From a virus (lineage: Duplodnaviria > Heunggongvirae > Uroviricota > Caudoviricetes): a stretch of DNA of 21,043 bases. Under the pieces are notes generated by a model. The model saw only the letters and a list, made by a program, of their open reading frames with translations, was not told the origin of the DNA and did not search any database. The stretch lies in the IMG/VR virus record IMGVR_UViG_2529292726_000020; one strand, 5' to 3'. The position numbers and the translations under genes are program-made. This document shows, one piece after another, positions 1 through 7,978 of this stretch (position 1 is the stretch's first letter; each line of letters opens with the position of its first letter).

Positions 1-390
1 GTCTGCGCGGAAATGGACGAACAGTGGGGCTTTGTCGGGGCTAAATCGCGCCAGCGCTGGCTGTTTTACGCGTATGACAGGCTCCGGAAGACGGTTGTTG
101 CGCACGTATTCGGTGAACGCACTATGGCGACGCTGGGGCGTCTTATGAGCCTGCTGTCACCCTTTGACGTGGTGATATGGATGACGGATGGCTGGCCGCT
201 GTATGAATCCCGCCTGAAGGGAAAGCTGCACGTAATCAGCAAGCGATATACGCAGCGAATTGAGCGGCATAACCTGAATCTGAGGCAGCACCTGGCACGG
301 CTGGGACGGAAGTCGCTGTCGTTCTCAAAATCGGTGGAGCTGCATGACAAAGTCATCGGGCATTATCTGAACATAAAACACTATCAATAA
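1..390 (+). CDS. insB: IS1 transposase InsB, C-terminal part (5' end outside window)
   Basis: Track ORF 13-390 matches remembered InsB sequence; the frame is open back to position 1. Confidence 0.9.
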   Translation, partial: VCAEMDEQWGFVGAKSRQRWLFYAYDRLRKTVVAHVFGERTMATLGRLMSLLSPFDVVIWMTDGWPLYESRLKGKLHVISKRYTQRIERHNLNLRQHLARLGRKSLSFSKSVELHDKVIGHYLNIKHYQ

Positions 391-405
391 GTTAGAGTCA
401 TTACC
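1..405 (+). mobile_element. IS1, right-hand ~405 bp (element continues beyond the left window edge)
   Basis: Translation of frame containing 13-390 reads the InsB C-terminus (..[25 protein letters not shown]). Positions 383-405 are the IS1 terminal inverted repeat (reverse complement GGTAATGACTCTAACTTATTGAT, one mismatch to the canonical IRR as I remember it). Confidence 0.9.
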
Positions 406-490
406 ACTTCTGGCTAAAACAGATTCAAAAACTTTTGTAAAACTTCAGTCAATTGCTGCTGATAATGCCCATAACGCATCTGTAATCAAC

Positions 491-673
491 ATGAAGCAAA
501 CTAACAGGGGCGATGTTTCTTCTCGTAAACAACTAACAGAAAATCCACAGCAGCAAGACTTACCTGCGCCCGCTACAACAGTAAAAATGACTGCCAAAGA
601 TAAGTTAGAATCGGCTCTTGGGCTGGGAATCATCGTTATAGCTGTTTGGGCAATAATACACTTCTTTTTTTAG
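491..673 (+). CDS. Hypothetical small protein with hydrophobic C-terminus (..GLGIIVIAVWAIIHFFF); possible small membrane peptide
   Basis: Track ORF of 60 aa in an AT-rich islet. No convincing Shine-Dalgarno at either the 491 ATG or the internal ATG (MTAKDK..). A hairpin plus T-tract follows the stop codon directly. Confidence 0.25.
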   Translation: MKQTNRGDVSSRKQLTENPQQQDLPAPATTVKMTAKDKLESALGLGIIVIAVWAIIHFFF

Positions 674-674
674 T

Positions 675-700
675 GCAGCCCTTCAGGGCTGTTTCTGTTC
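675..700 (+). terminator. Candidate intrinsic terminator (6-bp stem CAGCCC/GGGCTG, loop TTCA, then TTTCTGTTC)
   Basis: Inverted repeat at 676-691 read directly from sequence, immediately after the TAG at 671-673. It lies between the convergent small ORF and the minus-strand NTPase gene. Confidence 0.45.
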
Positions 701-710
701 AGGAGGTATC

Positions 711-1187
711 TTAAGGATTATCCGGGGCGTTTTCCTGTTTGCCGTACTTCGGAGACGAACAACATTCTGTTGGCTGACCGGTGAGTTTACGTAACTCCTT
801 CATGAGCAGCTCCTGATCGTAAACTGTCATCAGTGCCGCAATGGTGGCATGCAGTGCATCGGGCAGTATCCAGGGTTGCCGGCCCGTGGGGCATATAACA
901 TCCAGCAGCTCATTCGTCCGACAGATACGCTCCTCGCCGTATGACAACAGGCCCTGTCCCGTGTATTCCTCCAGCCTGATCACTGTGCCACCCCGTGGCT
1001 TCTGCCAGGTCGTCAGATCTTCGCCATTCATACGGCGCTCATTCTCCACGTCAGCAGCATCGACAATGACGCTGTTTCCGAGTTCCTGTTTCACCATCTC
1101 TTCTATCCGCGCCAGTACGTAACTTTTACCGCTGCCCACAGGACCGGACACAGTGACAGTGATGACCGGATTCAGTGTGTGCGTCAT
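711..1187 (-). CDS. Uncharacterized P-loop NTPase / small kinase-like protein
   Basis: 158-aa ORF with Walker A motif GPVGSGKS near the N-terminus and a candidate Walker B (SVIVDAAD). Strong SD (AGGAGA) 7 nt upstream of the ATG on the minus strand. Oriented opposite to all phage late genes. Confidence 0.6.
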   Translation of the reverse strand: MTHTLNPVITVTVSGPVGSGKSYVLARIEEMVKQELGNSVIVDAADVENERRMNGEDLTTWQKPRGGTVIRLEEYTGQGLLSYGEERICRTNELLDVICPTGRQPWILPDALHATIAALMTVYDQELLMKELRKLTGQPTECCSSPKYGKQENAPDNP

Positions 1188-1247
1188 ATCGTATTCTCCT
1201 CTGTGAATAATTCATCGTTTATCCTGCACATCCCGTATCCCCGGCTC

Positions 1248-1268
1248 TCTTAACGCGCTTTAAAATCC
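1248..1268 (+). promoter_or_regulatory. Recurrent late-promoter-like motif, copy 1 (tcTTAAcgcgcTTTAAAATCc), about 50 bp upstream of the lysis cassette
   Basis: One of four near-identical elements in the window (see findings). Confidence 0.4.
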
Positions 1269-1317
1269 TTCGCGCCCTGTATTTGTGATGCTGTCTCCAC
1301 CAGATAAGGAGACACAC

Positions 1318-1668
1318 ATGAAAAACCTGAAAAAATTCATTCCCCCTGTTAAAAAACCTCGCCTCAGCGGCTGGCTGCTGACCTCAGTGCTGTTGCTGGG
1401 CACCATCGCTCTGGTCTCACCACAGCAGCTGCCTGTTGTGATCTACAAGCTGGCACTCATCACGCTGGCAGCAGTGCTGGGTTACTGGCTTGACCGTTCG
1501 CTCTTCCCCAAAGCCCGTCCCGGTCAGTACCTGAAACATGACGACAGGCTGATGGCTGAAGGGCGTTTCCCGGTACAGACCGGCCTTCACCTGGTGTTTT
1601 CTGCTGCGTTAATCCGCCGTGCACTGATTGTTGCAGCGGTCTGCCTGGCTGTTGCGATGGGGCTTTAA
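1318..1668 (+). CDS. Putative holin / pinholin-like membrane protein (about 3 predicted transmembrane segments)
   Basis: ATG at 1318 with SD AAGGAG upstream (track ORF starts earlier at 1285). Three hydrophobic stretches. First gene of the lysis cassette, directly upstream of the endolysin. Confidence 0.5.
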   Translation: MKNLKKFIPPVKKPRLSGWLLTSVLLLGTIALVSPQQLPVVIYKLALITLAAVLGYWLDRSLFPKARPGQYLKHDDRLMAEGRFPVQTGLHLVFSAALIRRALIVAAVCLAVAMGL

Positions 1669-1670
1669 TC

Positions 1671-2411
1671 ATGAACTGGCCGCAGATCACCTGGATTGTA
1701 TGCATGTCCCTGAAACTGGCTTTCGAAGCCTTTCGGGTCTTCATCAGAACCGAACGCCTGTCAGTCCGCGCCGGGACCTTTCTGGTTCATATGGCATGGG
1801 TATTCTTTGTCGCAATGTTGCTCTGGTGTGGCGGCTTTTTTAGCCAGGCATGCGCAGCACAACCTCCGCAGGCTGCGCTGCAGTATCGCGATGATGTGAT
1901 CCGTAATGCCCGGCTTGAATGGGGACTGTCTGCGCCGGTGGCCGATTTCGCCGCGCAACTGCATCAGGAAAGCGGCTGGCGACCTGATGCGATCTCGCCG
2001 GCTGGCGCTCAGGGACTGGCGCAGTTCATGCCTGCCACTGCCGACTGGATAAGCCAGTTGATACCGATGCTGAGCAGTCGTGAGCCGTTTAATCCGGCAT
2101 GGGCTATCCGGGCGCTGGTCAGCTATGACCGCTGGCTGTGGCAGCGTGTCAGCGCCGCCAGTGACTGCGAGCGTATGGCCATGACACTGTCGGGCTATAA
2201 CGGTGGTCTGGGCTGGGTACAACGGGACAGGCGGCTTGCATCACAGAAAGGTCTGGACAGCACCCGCTGGTTCGGACATGTCGCCACGGTGAATGCCGGA
2301 CGCAATGCGGCCAGCTGGCGGGAGAACCGCCATTATCCGCAGCGCATCCTGCGCGAACTGGCACCGCGATATCTCACATGGGGAGGCAGCAGTTGTGTGG
2401 CATCTGGTTAA
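1671..2411 (+). CDS. Endolysin, lytic transglycosylase (SLT) family, with N-terminal hydrophobic signal/SAR-like segment
   Basis: SLT catalytic signature LHQESGWRPDAISPAGAQGLAQFMPATA. Hydrophobic segment AWVFFVAMLLWCGGFF at residues ~42-57. Start overlaps the upstream stop. The exact start (1671 vs an internal ATG near 1791) is uncertain. Confidence 0.8.
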   Translation: MNWPQITWIVCMSLKLAFEAFRVFIRTERLSVRAGTFLVHMAWVFFVAMLLWCGGFFSQACAAQPPQAALQYRDDVIRNARLEWGLSAPVADFAAQLHQESGWRPDAISPAGAQGLAQFMPATADWISQLIPMLSSREPFNPAWAIRALVSYDRWLWQRVSAASDCERMAMTLSGYNGGLGWVQRDRRLASQKGLDSTRWFGHVATVNAGRNAASWRENRHYPQRILRELAPRYLTWGGSSCVASG

Positions 2412-3045
2412 AAAGCTGCCGTGGCGCGGCATTCTGCTGGCCATTCTTATCAATGCCTTTCTGGTCGGCCTGTATGCCATGGGATACAGAAGTGGTCATG
2501 ACTCTGCAAAGCGTGACGGTGATACCGCGCTCAGTCAGTTGCAGTCAGCATTTGACGCGTACAAAACGGAGCAGGCAACGCTTGAGAATGCTGCGCTGCG
2601 GGCCTGGGCCAGACGGTATCAGGAGCAGGTGGCCGCCGGGCAGCGGGCTGAAGCCGGTTATCTTGAGCAGATTGCTCAACTGGAGAGCCGGAATAAACAA
2701 CTACAGGGGCAAATTAACGATGTCACACAGCGCTGGATTGATGAAAAAGGTAAGAGCCATCCCATTGAGTGCGTGTTTACTCGCGGTTTCGTGCGCCAGT
2801 ACAACGCCGCACTCGGATATGACAACGCATCCGTCGACACCGGTCATTCAGACTCAGTTGCCGCCGCTGGCACCCGCTCTGGCACAGCGACCGGGCAACC
2901 TGAAACCACTGACACCCGGTTACGCGATTCGGGTGTCTCCCAGCGTGACGTTCTCGCCAACATCATCGACAACGCAGGACAATGTCGTCGCTGGCGGAAC
3001 CAGATAAACGCGCTGCTGGATGAACGGGAAGGATTACAGAAATGA
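2395..3045 (+). CDS. i-spanin (Rz-like): N-terminal TM segment plus coiled-coil periplasmic domain
   Basis: GTG at 2395 preceded by GGGAGG at 2381-2386. N-terminal hydrophobic segment GILLAILINAFLVGLYAMGY followed by a Q/A/E-rich helical region. Track ORF 2293-3045 in the same frame. Confidence 0.6.
   Translation: MWHLVKKLPWRGILLAILINAFLVGLYAMGYRSGHDSAKRDGDTALSQLQSAFDAYKTEQATLENAALRAWARRYQEQVAAGQRAEAGYLEQIAQLESRNKQLQGQINDVTQRWIDEKGKSHPIECVFTRGFVRQYNAALGYDNASVDTGHSDSVAAAGTRSGTATGQPETTDTRLRDSGVSQRDVLANIIDNAGQCRRWRNQINALLDEREGLQK
2741..3007 (+). CDS. o-spanin (Rz1-like lipoprotein) embedded in the +1 frame of the i-spanin gene
   Basis: ATG at 2741 within track ORF 2378-3007. Signal peptide with lipobox-like MKKVRAIPLSACLLAVSC, then a proline-rich mature region (PSTPVIQTQLPPLAPALAQRPGNLKPLTPG). 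Confidence 0.55.
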   Translation: MKKVRAIPLSACLLAVSCASTTPHSDMTTHPSTPVIQTQLPPLAPALAQRPGNLKPLTPGYAIRVSPSVTFSPTSSTTQDNVVAGGTR

Positions 3046-3368
3046 CACTGCAGGTTGAATTCTGGACGGTGGTGAGTTTTCTGCTCACCTTCATGGGGTT
3101 TGTGGGAGGGCTCGCCAAATGGTTGTTCAGTAAAACAGAAGAACGCCAGGCGGCACGATTCGCCTCCCTTGAACAGGCCCTGCAACAATCCGCCTCCAAC
3201 TGGGGCGAGCTGGAAAAAGAATTTATGCGATTTAAAGCGGATTTACCGCTGAATTATGTCCGTCGAGAGGATTATATCCGTGGCCAGACAGTCATTGAGG
3301 CCAAACTGGACGCGCTTTATAACAAACTGGAAGTGGTACAGCAGTACCGCAATACCGGAGGTCAATAA
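3042..3368 (+). CDS. Small membrane protein of the lysis cassette (N-terminal TM segment, C-terminal helical domain); possible lysis accessory protein
   Basis: Track ORF of 108 aa; start overlaps the i-spanin stop (ATGA). TM segment FWTVVSFLLTFMGFVGGLAKWLF. Occupies the position of Mu gp24/gp25. Confidence 0.5.
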   Translation: MTLQVEFWTVVSFLLTFMGFVGGLAKWLFSKTEERQAARFASLEQALQQSASNWGELEKEFMRFKADLPLNYVRREDYIRGQTVIEAKLDALYNKLEVVQQYRNTGGQ

Positions 3369-3679
3369 TGGTCGATATTACCCGAGTACGCCGCGAATCC
3401 CTGCGCTGGAGTCTGCTGGTTGCCCTGAACAAGACCCGCCCTTACACCGCCAGCGAGACGCTGCTGCTGGATGTGTCCCGTGCCATCTACCCGGACACCA
3501 CACCGCTGGAACTGCGCCGCGAACTGGATTATCTGGCTGACCGTAAAATGGTTGAGCTGGAGAAAAAACCTTCTGGTGACTGGTTTGCTGACCTGACCCG
3601 CCTCGGCGTAGACCTGGTGGAATACACCGTGGAATGTGGTCCGGGTATTGCCCGCCCGGAAAAGTACTGGAGTGAATAA
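3368..3679 (+). CDS. Hypothetical phage protein (position of Mu gp26)
   Basis: Track ORF of 103 aa, translationally coupled to both flanking genes. Confidence 0.55.
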   Translation: MVDITRVRRESLRWSLLVALNKTRPYTASETLLLDVSRAIYPDTTPLELRRELDYLADRKMVELEKKPSGDWFADLTRLGVDLVEYTVECGPGIARPEKYWSE

Positions 3680-4224
3680 TGGCCAGACGCAGCACAATAG
3701 AAAAGCTGCCGGAAGACGTGCGCCGCTGGCTTGAACGGGCGCTGACTGAATCCGGCTTCAGCGGGTATAACGAGCTGGAGTCCCTGCTGCGTGAGCGGGG
3801 GTACGTCATCAGCAAATCCGCTATCCATCGCTATGGACAGAAGATTGAGCGCCGCTATGGTGCTATCCGTGCGGCGACAGAAGCGGCCCGCATGCTGACC
3901 GAAGGCGCAGCAGACGATCAGGATGCGCGTTCGGAGGCTGTGATAGCCCTTATTCAGACCGAGCTGTTCGAGAGTATTGTCCAGTTGCAGGAGGCGGAAG
4001 AAGGCGAAGTCGATCCTAAAGAACGCGTGGCCCTGCTGTCGAAGGTGGCGAAGAATGTGGCTACGCTGTCCCGCGCGTCCGTCAACCTCAAAAAGTTCCA
4101 GTCTGAAGTACGGGCCAGAGCGCAGCAGGCAGCCAGCAACGCCGAGAAAATTGCCCGTAAGGGGGGACTGTCAAGCGACGCAGTACAGGCGCTTCGTCGC
4201 GAGATTCTGGGGATTGCCACATGA
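3679..4224 (+). CDS. Small terminase-like protein (Mu gp27 / DUF3486-like)
   Basis: 181 aa with N-terminus MARRSTIEKLPEDVRRWLE resembling Mu gp27-family proteins. Immediately upstream of the large terminase with an overlapping stop/start. Confidence 0.65.
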   Translation: MARRSTIEKLPEDVRRWLERALTESGFSGYNELESLLRERGYVISKSAIHRYGQKIERRYGAIRAATEAARMLTEGAADDQDARSEAVIALIQTELFESIVQLQEAEEGEVDPKERVALLSKVAKNVATLSRASVNLKKFQSEVRARAQQAASNAEKIARKGGLSSDAVQALRREILGIAT

Positions 4225-5816
4225 CAAAATCATCCGGAGTGATTTTAAACGCCGCTGGCGGCGGCCCCGAAGGGATGAGTCCCATGGACGGGAGGAATAA
4301 CCTTGCTCCCGTTTTGCCTGATACCTCGGCGCTGGATGCCCCTCCCGTTCTGTTGCCTTACCAGCAGCGCTGGGTGGCAGACACCTCTCCGCTTAAGGTG
4401 ATAGAAAAGAGCCGTCGTACCGGTATTACATGGGCTGAGGCATCCGATAACGTACTGACCGCCGCCTCTTCTGCGCCAGCAGGCGGGATGAATGTGTATT
4501 ACATCGCTTATAACCAGGACATGACCGTCGAATACATTCAGGCGTGTGCGATGTGGGCACGGGCATTCAACTATGCGGCCAGTGAAATTGAAGAAGGATT
4601 CTGGGAAGAGGACGACGACGACAAACACATCAAGACTTACACCATCAAATTTCCTGACTCCGGCTTTCGTATTGTTGCGCTCTCCAGCCGCCCGTCTAAC
4701 CTGCGTGGCCGTCAGGGTATTATTGTTATCGACGAAGCGGCGTTCCATGAGCAACTGGACGAACTGCTGAAAGCGGCGCTGGCGATGCTTATCTGGGGGG
4801 GAAAGGTACGCGTTATCTCCACCCATGACGGTGACGACAATCCGTTCAATACGCTTATCGGGGATATCCGTGCCGGACGTCAGGGAGGCAGCATACATCG
4901 CATCACTTTCCGGGAAGCCGTATCTGAGGGGCTGTTCCGGCGCGTCTGTCTGCGCACCGGGAAGGAATGGTCGGAGGCATCCGAGCAGGCCTGGATGGCA
5001 TCGGTGTACAAATTCTACGGTGCCGGCGCATCCGAAGAGCTTGACTGTATTCCGGCCAACGGTGGCGGTGCCTGGCTGTCCCGTGCCCTGATAGAGTCCC
5101 GCATGTCCGCTGATACGCCGGTATTGCGTCTGACCTGCAAGGAAGGTTATGAACTGCTGTCTGATGAGGTTCGCTTCCGCGAGACGCAGGACTGGCTTGA
5201 TGAGTATCTGAAACCATTGCTGGAGGCACTCCCCACTGATGCCCGCTCTTTCCTGGGGCGCGACTTTGGCCGTAGCGGTGATTTGTCGGTGGACTATCCC
5301 CTGCTGCAGGAGAAGAACCTGGTACGACGCGTGCCATTCGTACTGGAGCTGCGTAACGTGCCGTTCAGACAGCAGGAGCAAATCACCTGGTATCTGATGG
5401 ATGGCCTGCCCGGTCTGCTGGGTGCAGCGTTTGATGCCCGTGGTAATGGTGCCTATCTGGCTGAATACGCCATGCAGCGCTACGGCTCCAGCCGGGTTCA
5501 GCAGGTGATGCCAACCGAAGGCTGGTACCGGGAGCATATGCCTCCGGTCAAAGCTGCACTGGAAGACGGTAACCTGGTGGACTTACCAAAGGATGAAGAC
5601 ACACTGGATGACCTGCGGGCCGTTCAGGTGGTGAACGGTGTCCCCCGCGTACCGGAGCAACGCTCAAAAGCAAAGGCTGACGGTGGTAAACGCCACGGGG
5701 ATTCAGCCATCGCACTGGCGCTGGCGTATTTCGCCAGCCGTGAAATTAACAAAGGGCCGGTGAAGGCAAGCTCACGCCGTCGTCGTCAGGCGGCCCGTAT
5801 GCTGGAGGGATTCTGA
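4221..5816 (+). CDS. Terminase large subunit (Mu gp28-like)
   Basis: 531-aa ORF in the canonical position between small terminase and portal, with an acidic patch typical of terminase ATPase/nuclease proteins. Confidence 0.85.
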   Translation: MTKSSGVILNAAGGGPEGMSPMDGRNNLAPVLPDTSALDAPPVLLPYQQRWVADTSPLKVIEKSRRTGITWAEASDNVLTAASSAPAGGMNVYYIAYNQDMTVEYIQACAMWARAFNYAASEIEEGFWEEDDDDKHIKTYTIKFPDSGFRIVALSSRPSNLRGRQGIIVIDEAAFHEQLDELLKAALAMLIWGGKVRVISTHDGDDNPFNTLIGDIRAGRQGGSIHRITFREAVSEGLFRRVCLRTGKEWSEASEQAWMASVYKFYGAGASEELDCIPANGGGAWLSRALIESRMSADTPVLRLTCKEGYELLSDEVRFRETQDWLDEYLKPLLEALPTDARSFLGRDFGRSGDLSVDYPLLQEKNLVRRVPFVLELRNVPFRQQEQITWYLMDGLPGLLGAAFDARGNGAYLAEYAMQRYGSSRVQQVMPTEGWYREHMPPVKAALEDGNLVDLPKDEDTLDDLRAVQVVNGVPRVPEQRSKAKADGGKRHGDSAIALALAYFASREINKGPVKASSRRRRQAARMLEGF

Positions 5817-7303
5817 TGGCGAGGGGTATCTGGGTTTCACCCGATGAATTTGTTGCTTTTTCTGAGCCTCAGAAATCACTGACCGCGCAGATTGCCTCCC
5901 GCAGCCGCGCGATCGACTTTTACGGACTGGGCATGTATCTGCCCAATCCTGATCCCATTCTCAAGGCTCAGGGACGGGATATCCGTATCTACCGCGAACT
6001 GCGCACCGACCCGCTGGTCGGAGGCTGTATCCGCAGACGTAAAGCAGCGCTCAAATCGCTGGAGCGTGGACTGGAGCGCGGTCACGCTTCTGCCCGGGTC
6101 TTCCGTTTCATCCGCGACATGCTCGACGATCTGGATCTGTCCCGCATCATCGGTGAGATGAGTGATGCCGTGCTCTACGGGTATCAGCCCTGTGAAATCA
6201 TGTGGGGCCGTTCGGTCAGGGCGTGGGCAGTGACGGATATTGTCGGCAAACCGCCTGAGTGGTTTCAGTTTGATACGGACAACTGCCTGCGCTTCCGGGC
6301 GCGTGATGCGGGTGTGGAGGGTGAGCTGCTGTCACCGTCAAAATTCGTGGTGCCGGCACAGGATGCCTCGTATGACAATCCTTACGGTTTCCCGGACCTG
6401 TCCATGTGCTTCTGGCCGGTCGCCTTCAAGAAAGGCGGGATGAAATTCTGGCTCCGCTTTGCCGAAAAGTTTGGCTCCCCGTGGGTGATCGGTAAGCACC
6501 CGAGGGGTGCAAATGATGCAGAGATTGAAAAACTGCTGGACTCCATGGAGCAGATGGTGGAGGACGCTGTGGCCGCCATCCCCGATGACAGCAGCATTGA
6601 ACTCAAAGCCGCGGATGGCAAGGCGGACAGCAGCGAGGTATTCCGCGAGCTGATCACGCTGTCACGCAGTGAGATCTCCATTGCATTACTCGGTCAGAAT
6701 CAGACCACTGAAGCGAACAGTAACAAGGCCTCTGCACAGGCCGGGCTGGAGGTGACGGCTGATATCCGCGATGCGGATGCGGACATCATTCAGGCGGCAG
6801 TGAATCAGGTCATCAGAACGGTGGTCACCCTGAACTTCGGCGATGTGCCGTGTCCGGTCTGGGCCATGTGGGAACAGGAGGCCATTGATGACACCCGTGC
6901 CACCCGCGACGAAAAACTCACCCGCGCGGGACTACGCCTGACCCCGCAGTACTTCATGCGGGAGTACCAGCTGCAGGAGGGGGATATTGACCTCTCTGAT
7001 GCACCGGTTGCGGACGGGGCAGTGCCTGCGGAGTTTGCCGAGGCGATAAGCGCCGATCATGATGCACAACAGCAGCTTGACGACGCGCTGGACATTCTGA
7101 TGAACGGAGGTGTGTTAAATGGCACGCTGGAACCCGTCCTGGCACCTCTGTTCAGGCGGGTCGAAAACGGGGTTAACCCGTCTGAGCTGCTGGGCGAACT
7201 GGCGGAGCTCTACCCTCAGATGAACACGGACGATCTGCAGGAGCGGCTGGCCCGCTATCAGGGTACGCTTCAGCCACTGGCACAACAGGAACTGAGAGGA
7301 TAA
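5816..7303 (+). CDS. Portal protein (Mu gp29 / DUF935 family)
   Basis: 495-aa ORF following the large terminase with ATG overlapping the upstream stop. Size and position fit a DUF935 portal. Confidence 0.85.
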   Translation: MARGIWVSPDEFVAFSEPQKSLTAQIASRSRAIDFYGLGMYLPNPDPILKAQGRDIRIYRELRTDPLVGGCIRRRKAALKSLERGLERGHASARVFRFIRDMLDDLDLSRIIGEMSDAVLYGYQPCEIMWGRSVRAWAVTDIVGKPPEWFQFDTDNCLRFRARDAGVEGELLSPSKFVVPAQDASYDNPYGFPDLSMCFWPVAFKKGGMKFWLRFAEKFGSPWVIGKHPRGANDAEIEKLLDSMEQMVEDAVAAIPDDSSIELKAADGKADSSEVFRELITLSRSEISIALLGQNQTTEANSNKASAQAGLEVTADIRDADADIIQAAVNQVIRTVVTLNFGDVPCPVWAMWEQEAIDDTRATRDEKLTRAGLRLTPQYFMREYQLQEGDIDLSDAPVADGAVPAEFAEAISADHDAQQQLDDALDILMNGGVLNGTLEPVLAPLFRRVENGVNPSELLGELAELYPQMNTDDLQERLARYQGTLQPLAQQELRG

Positions 7304-7305
7304 CA

Positions 7306-7764
7306 ATGGCTTCCGATAACCTGGTCAGTATCACCATTAACGATAAATCCCTGCGCCGGAGCCTCCGTGCGCTGGATCTTGCTGCCACAGACCTGGAGCC
7401 CGCGATGCGCAAAATCGCCGGAACCCTGCTGGCGGAAACACAGTTTAACTTTCTTGATGAGGGGCGTCCGGGGTGGATGCCCTCGCTGGCAGCGGAAGAA
7501 CGTGACGGGCAGACACTGCAGGATACCGGGCGTCTGATGGGGTCAGTATCAACCGACCATGACGACCGGCAGGCTGTTGTGGGGACCAACGTTGTTTACG
7601 GTGCCATTCACCAGTTCGGGGGTAAAACGGGGCGTAATGAGTCTGTTGAACTTCCGGCCCGCCCGTTCCTGCCGGTGACGGGGGATGGAGAACTACAGCC
7701 TGAAGTGGTAATCCCCATCCTCGATACCATTGTCCGCCATCTTGAATCAGCGGCCCGTCGCTGA
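7306..7764 (+). CDS. Virion morphogenesis protein (Mu G-like)
   Basis: 152 aa with conserved-looking AIHQFGG..ELPARPFL segment. SD GAGAGGA upstream. Confidence 0.65.
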   Translation: MASDNLVSITINDKSLRRSLRALDLAATDLEPAMRKIAGTLLAETQFNFLDEGRPGWMPSLAAEERDGQTLQDTGRLMGSVSTDHDDRQAVVGTNVVYGAIHQFGGKTGRNESVELPARPFLPVTGDGELQPEVVIPILDTIVRHLESAARR

Positions 7765-7778
7765 GTTTTCTCTCTTCA
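7746..7778 (+). terminator. Candidate intrinsic terminator at the end of the first late operon (stem TCAGCG/CGCTGA, then GTTTTCTCTCTTC)
   Basis: Inverted repeat overlapping the stop codon of the G-like gene, followed by a T-rich tract and a 214-bp intergenic gap. Confidence 0.4.
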
Positions 7779-7903
7779 GGCGGGTGATTTATCATTGCCA
7801 GCGAATGAGGGGCTGTATTACCTTTATAAAGGCTTTACAGCCTCTGTTTTATAACCGCCTCCGGTTCACCGCATTGCTTTCCCTGTCCTTCTCCCCTGAT
7901 GTT

Positions 7904-7926
7904 TTCTAAAGCAGATTAAAATCGCC
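7904..7926 (+). promoter_or_regulatory. Recurrent late-promoter-like motif, copy 2 (tcTAAAgcagaTTAAAATCg), about 53 bp upstream of the protease/scaffold gene
   Basis: See findings; the most divergent of the four copies. Confidence 0.35.
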
Positions 7927-7978
7927 GGGCCTGCATTTCTCACAAACTGTCTCCGACAACATAACGCGGGACAGCAAA

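Noticed and set aside
66-356. 96-aa minus-strand ORF inside IS1
   Set aside because: It is antisense to insB in a well-known element that has no such gene.
2293-2394. Upstream extension of the i-spanin ORF (ATG at 2293)
   Set aside because: It lies inside the endolysin coding region with no RBS, whereas the GTG at 2395 has a well-spaced GGGAGG and begins right at the transmembrane segment.
2378-2740. N-terminal 121 codons of track ORF 2378-3007 as part of a 209-aa protein
   Set aside because: That portion overlaps the endolysin and i-spanin in another frame and reads like out-of-frame sequence. Only the C-terminal 88 codons from the ATG at 2741 have signal-peptide and lipoprotein features.
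4245-5537. 430-aa ORF on the minus strand
   Set aside because: It lies entirely antisense within the well-supported large terminase gene and has no RBS. Long antisense ORFs are expected in GC-rich coding DNA. The same reasoning applies to 9121-9855 (-), 11482-12366 (-), 12472-12885 (-), 12993-13568 (-) and 17764-18264 (-).
7830-7843. Short inverted repeat AGGCT-TTAC-AGCCT with flanking TTATAA palindromes in the 214-bp gap before the protease gene
   Set aside because: The stem is only 5 bp and AT-flanked, which is too weak to call a terminator or operator. The stronger hairpin at 7746-7763 already accounts for termination.
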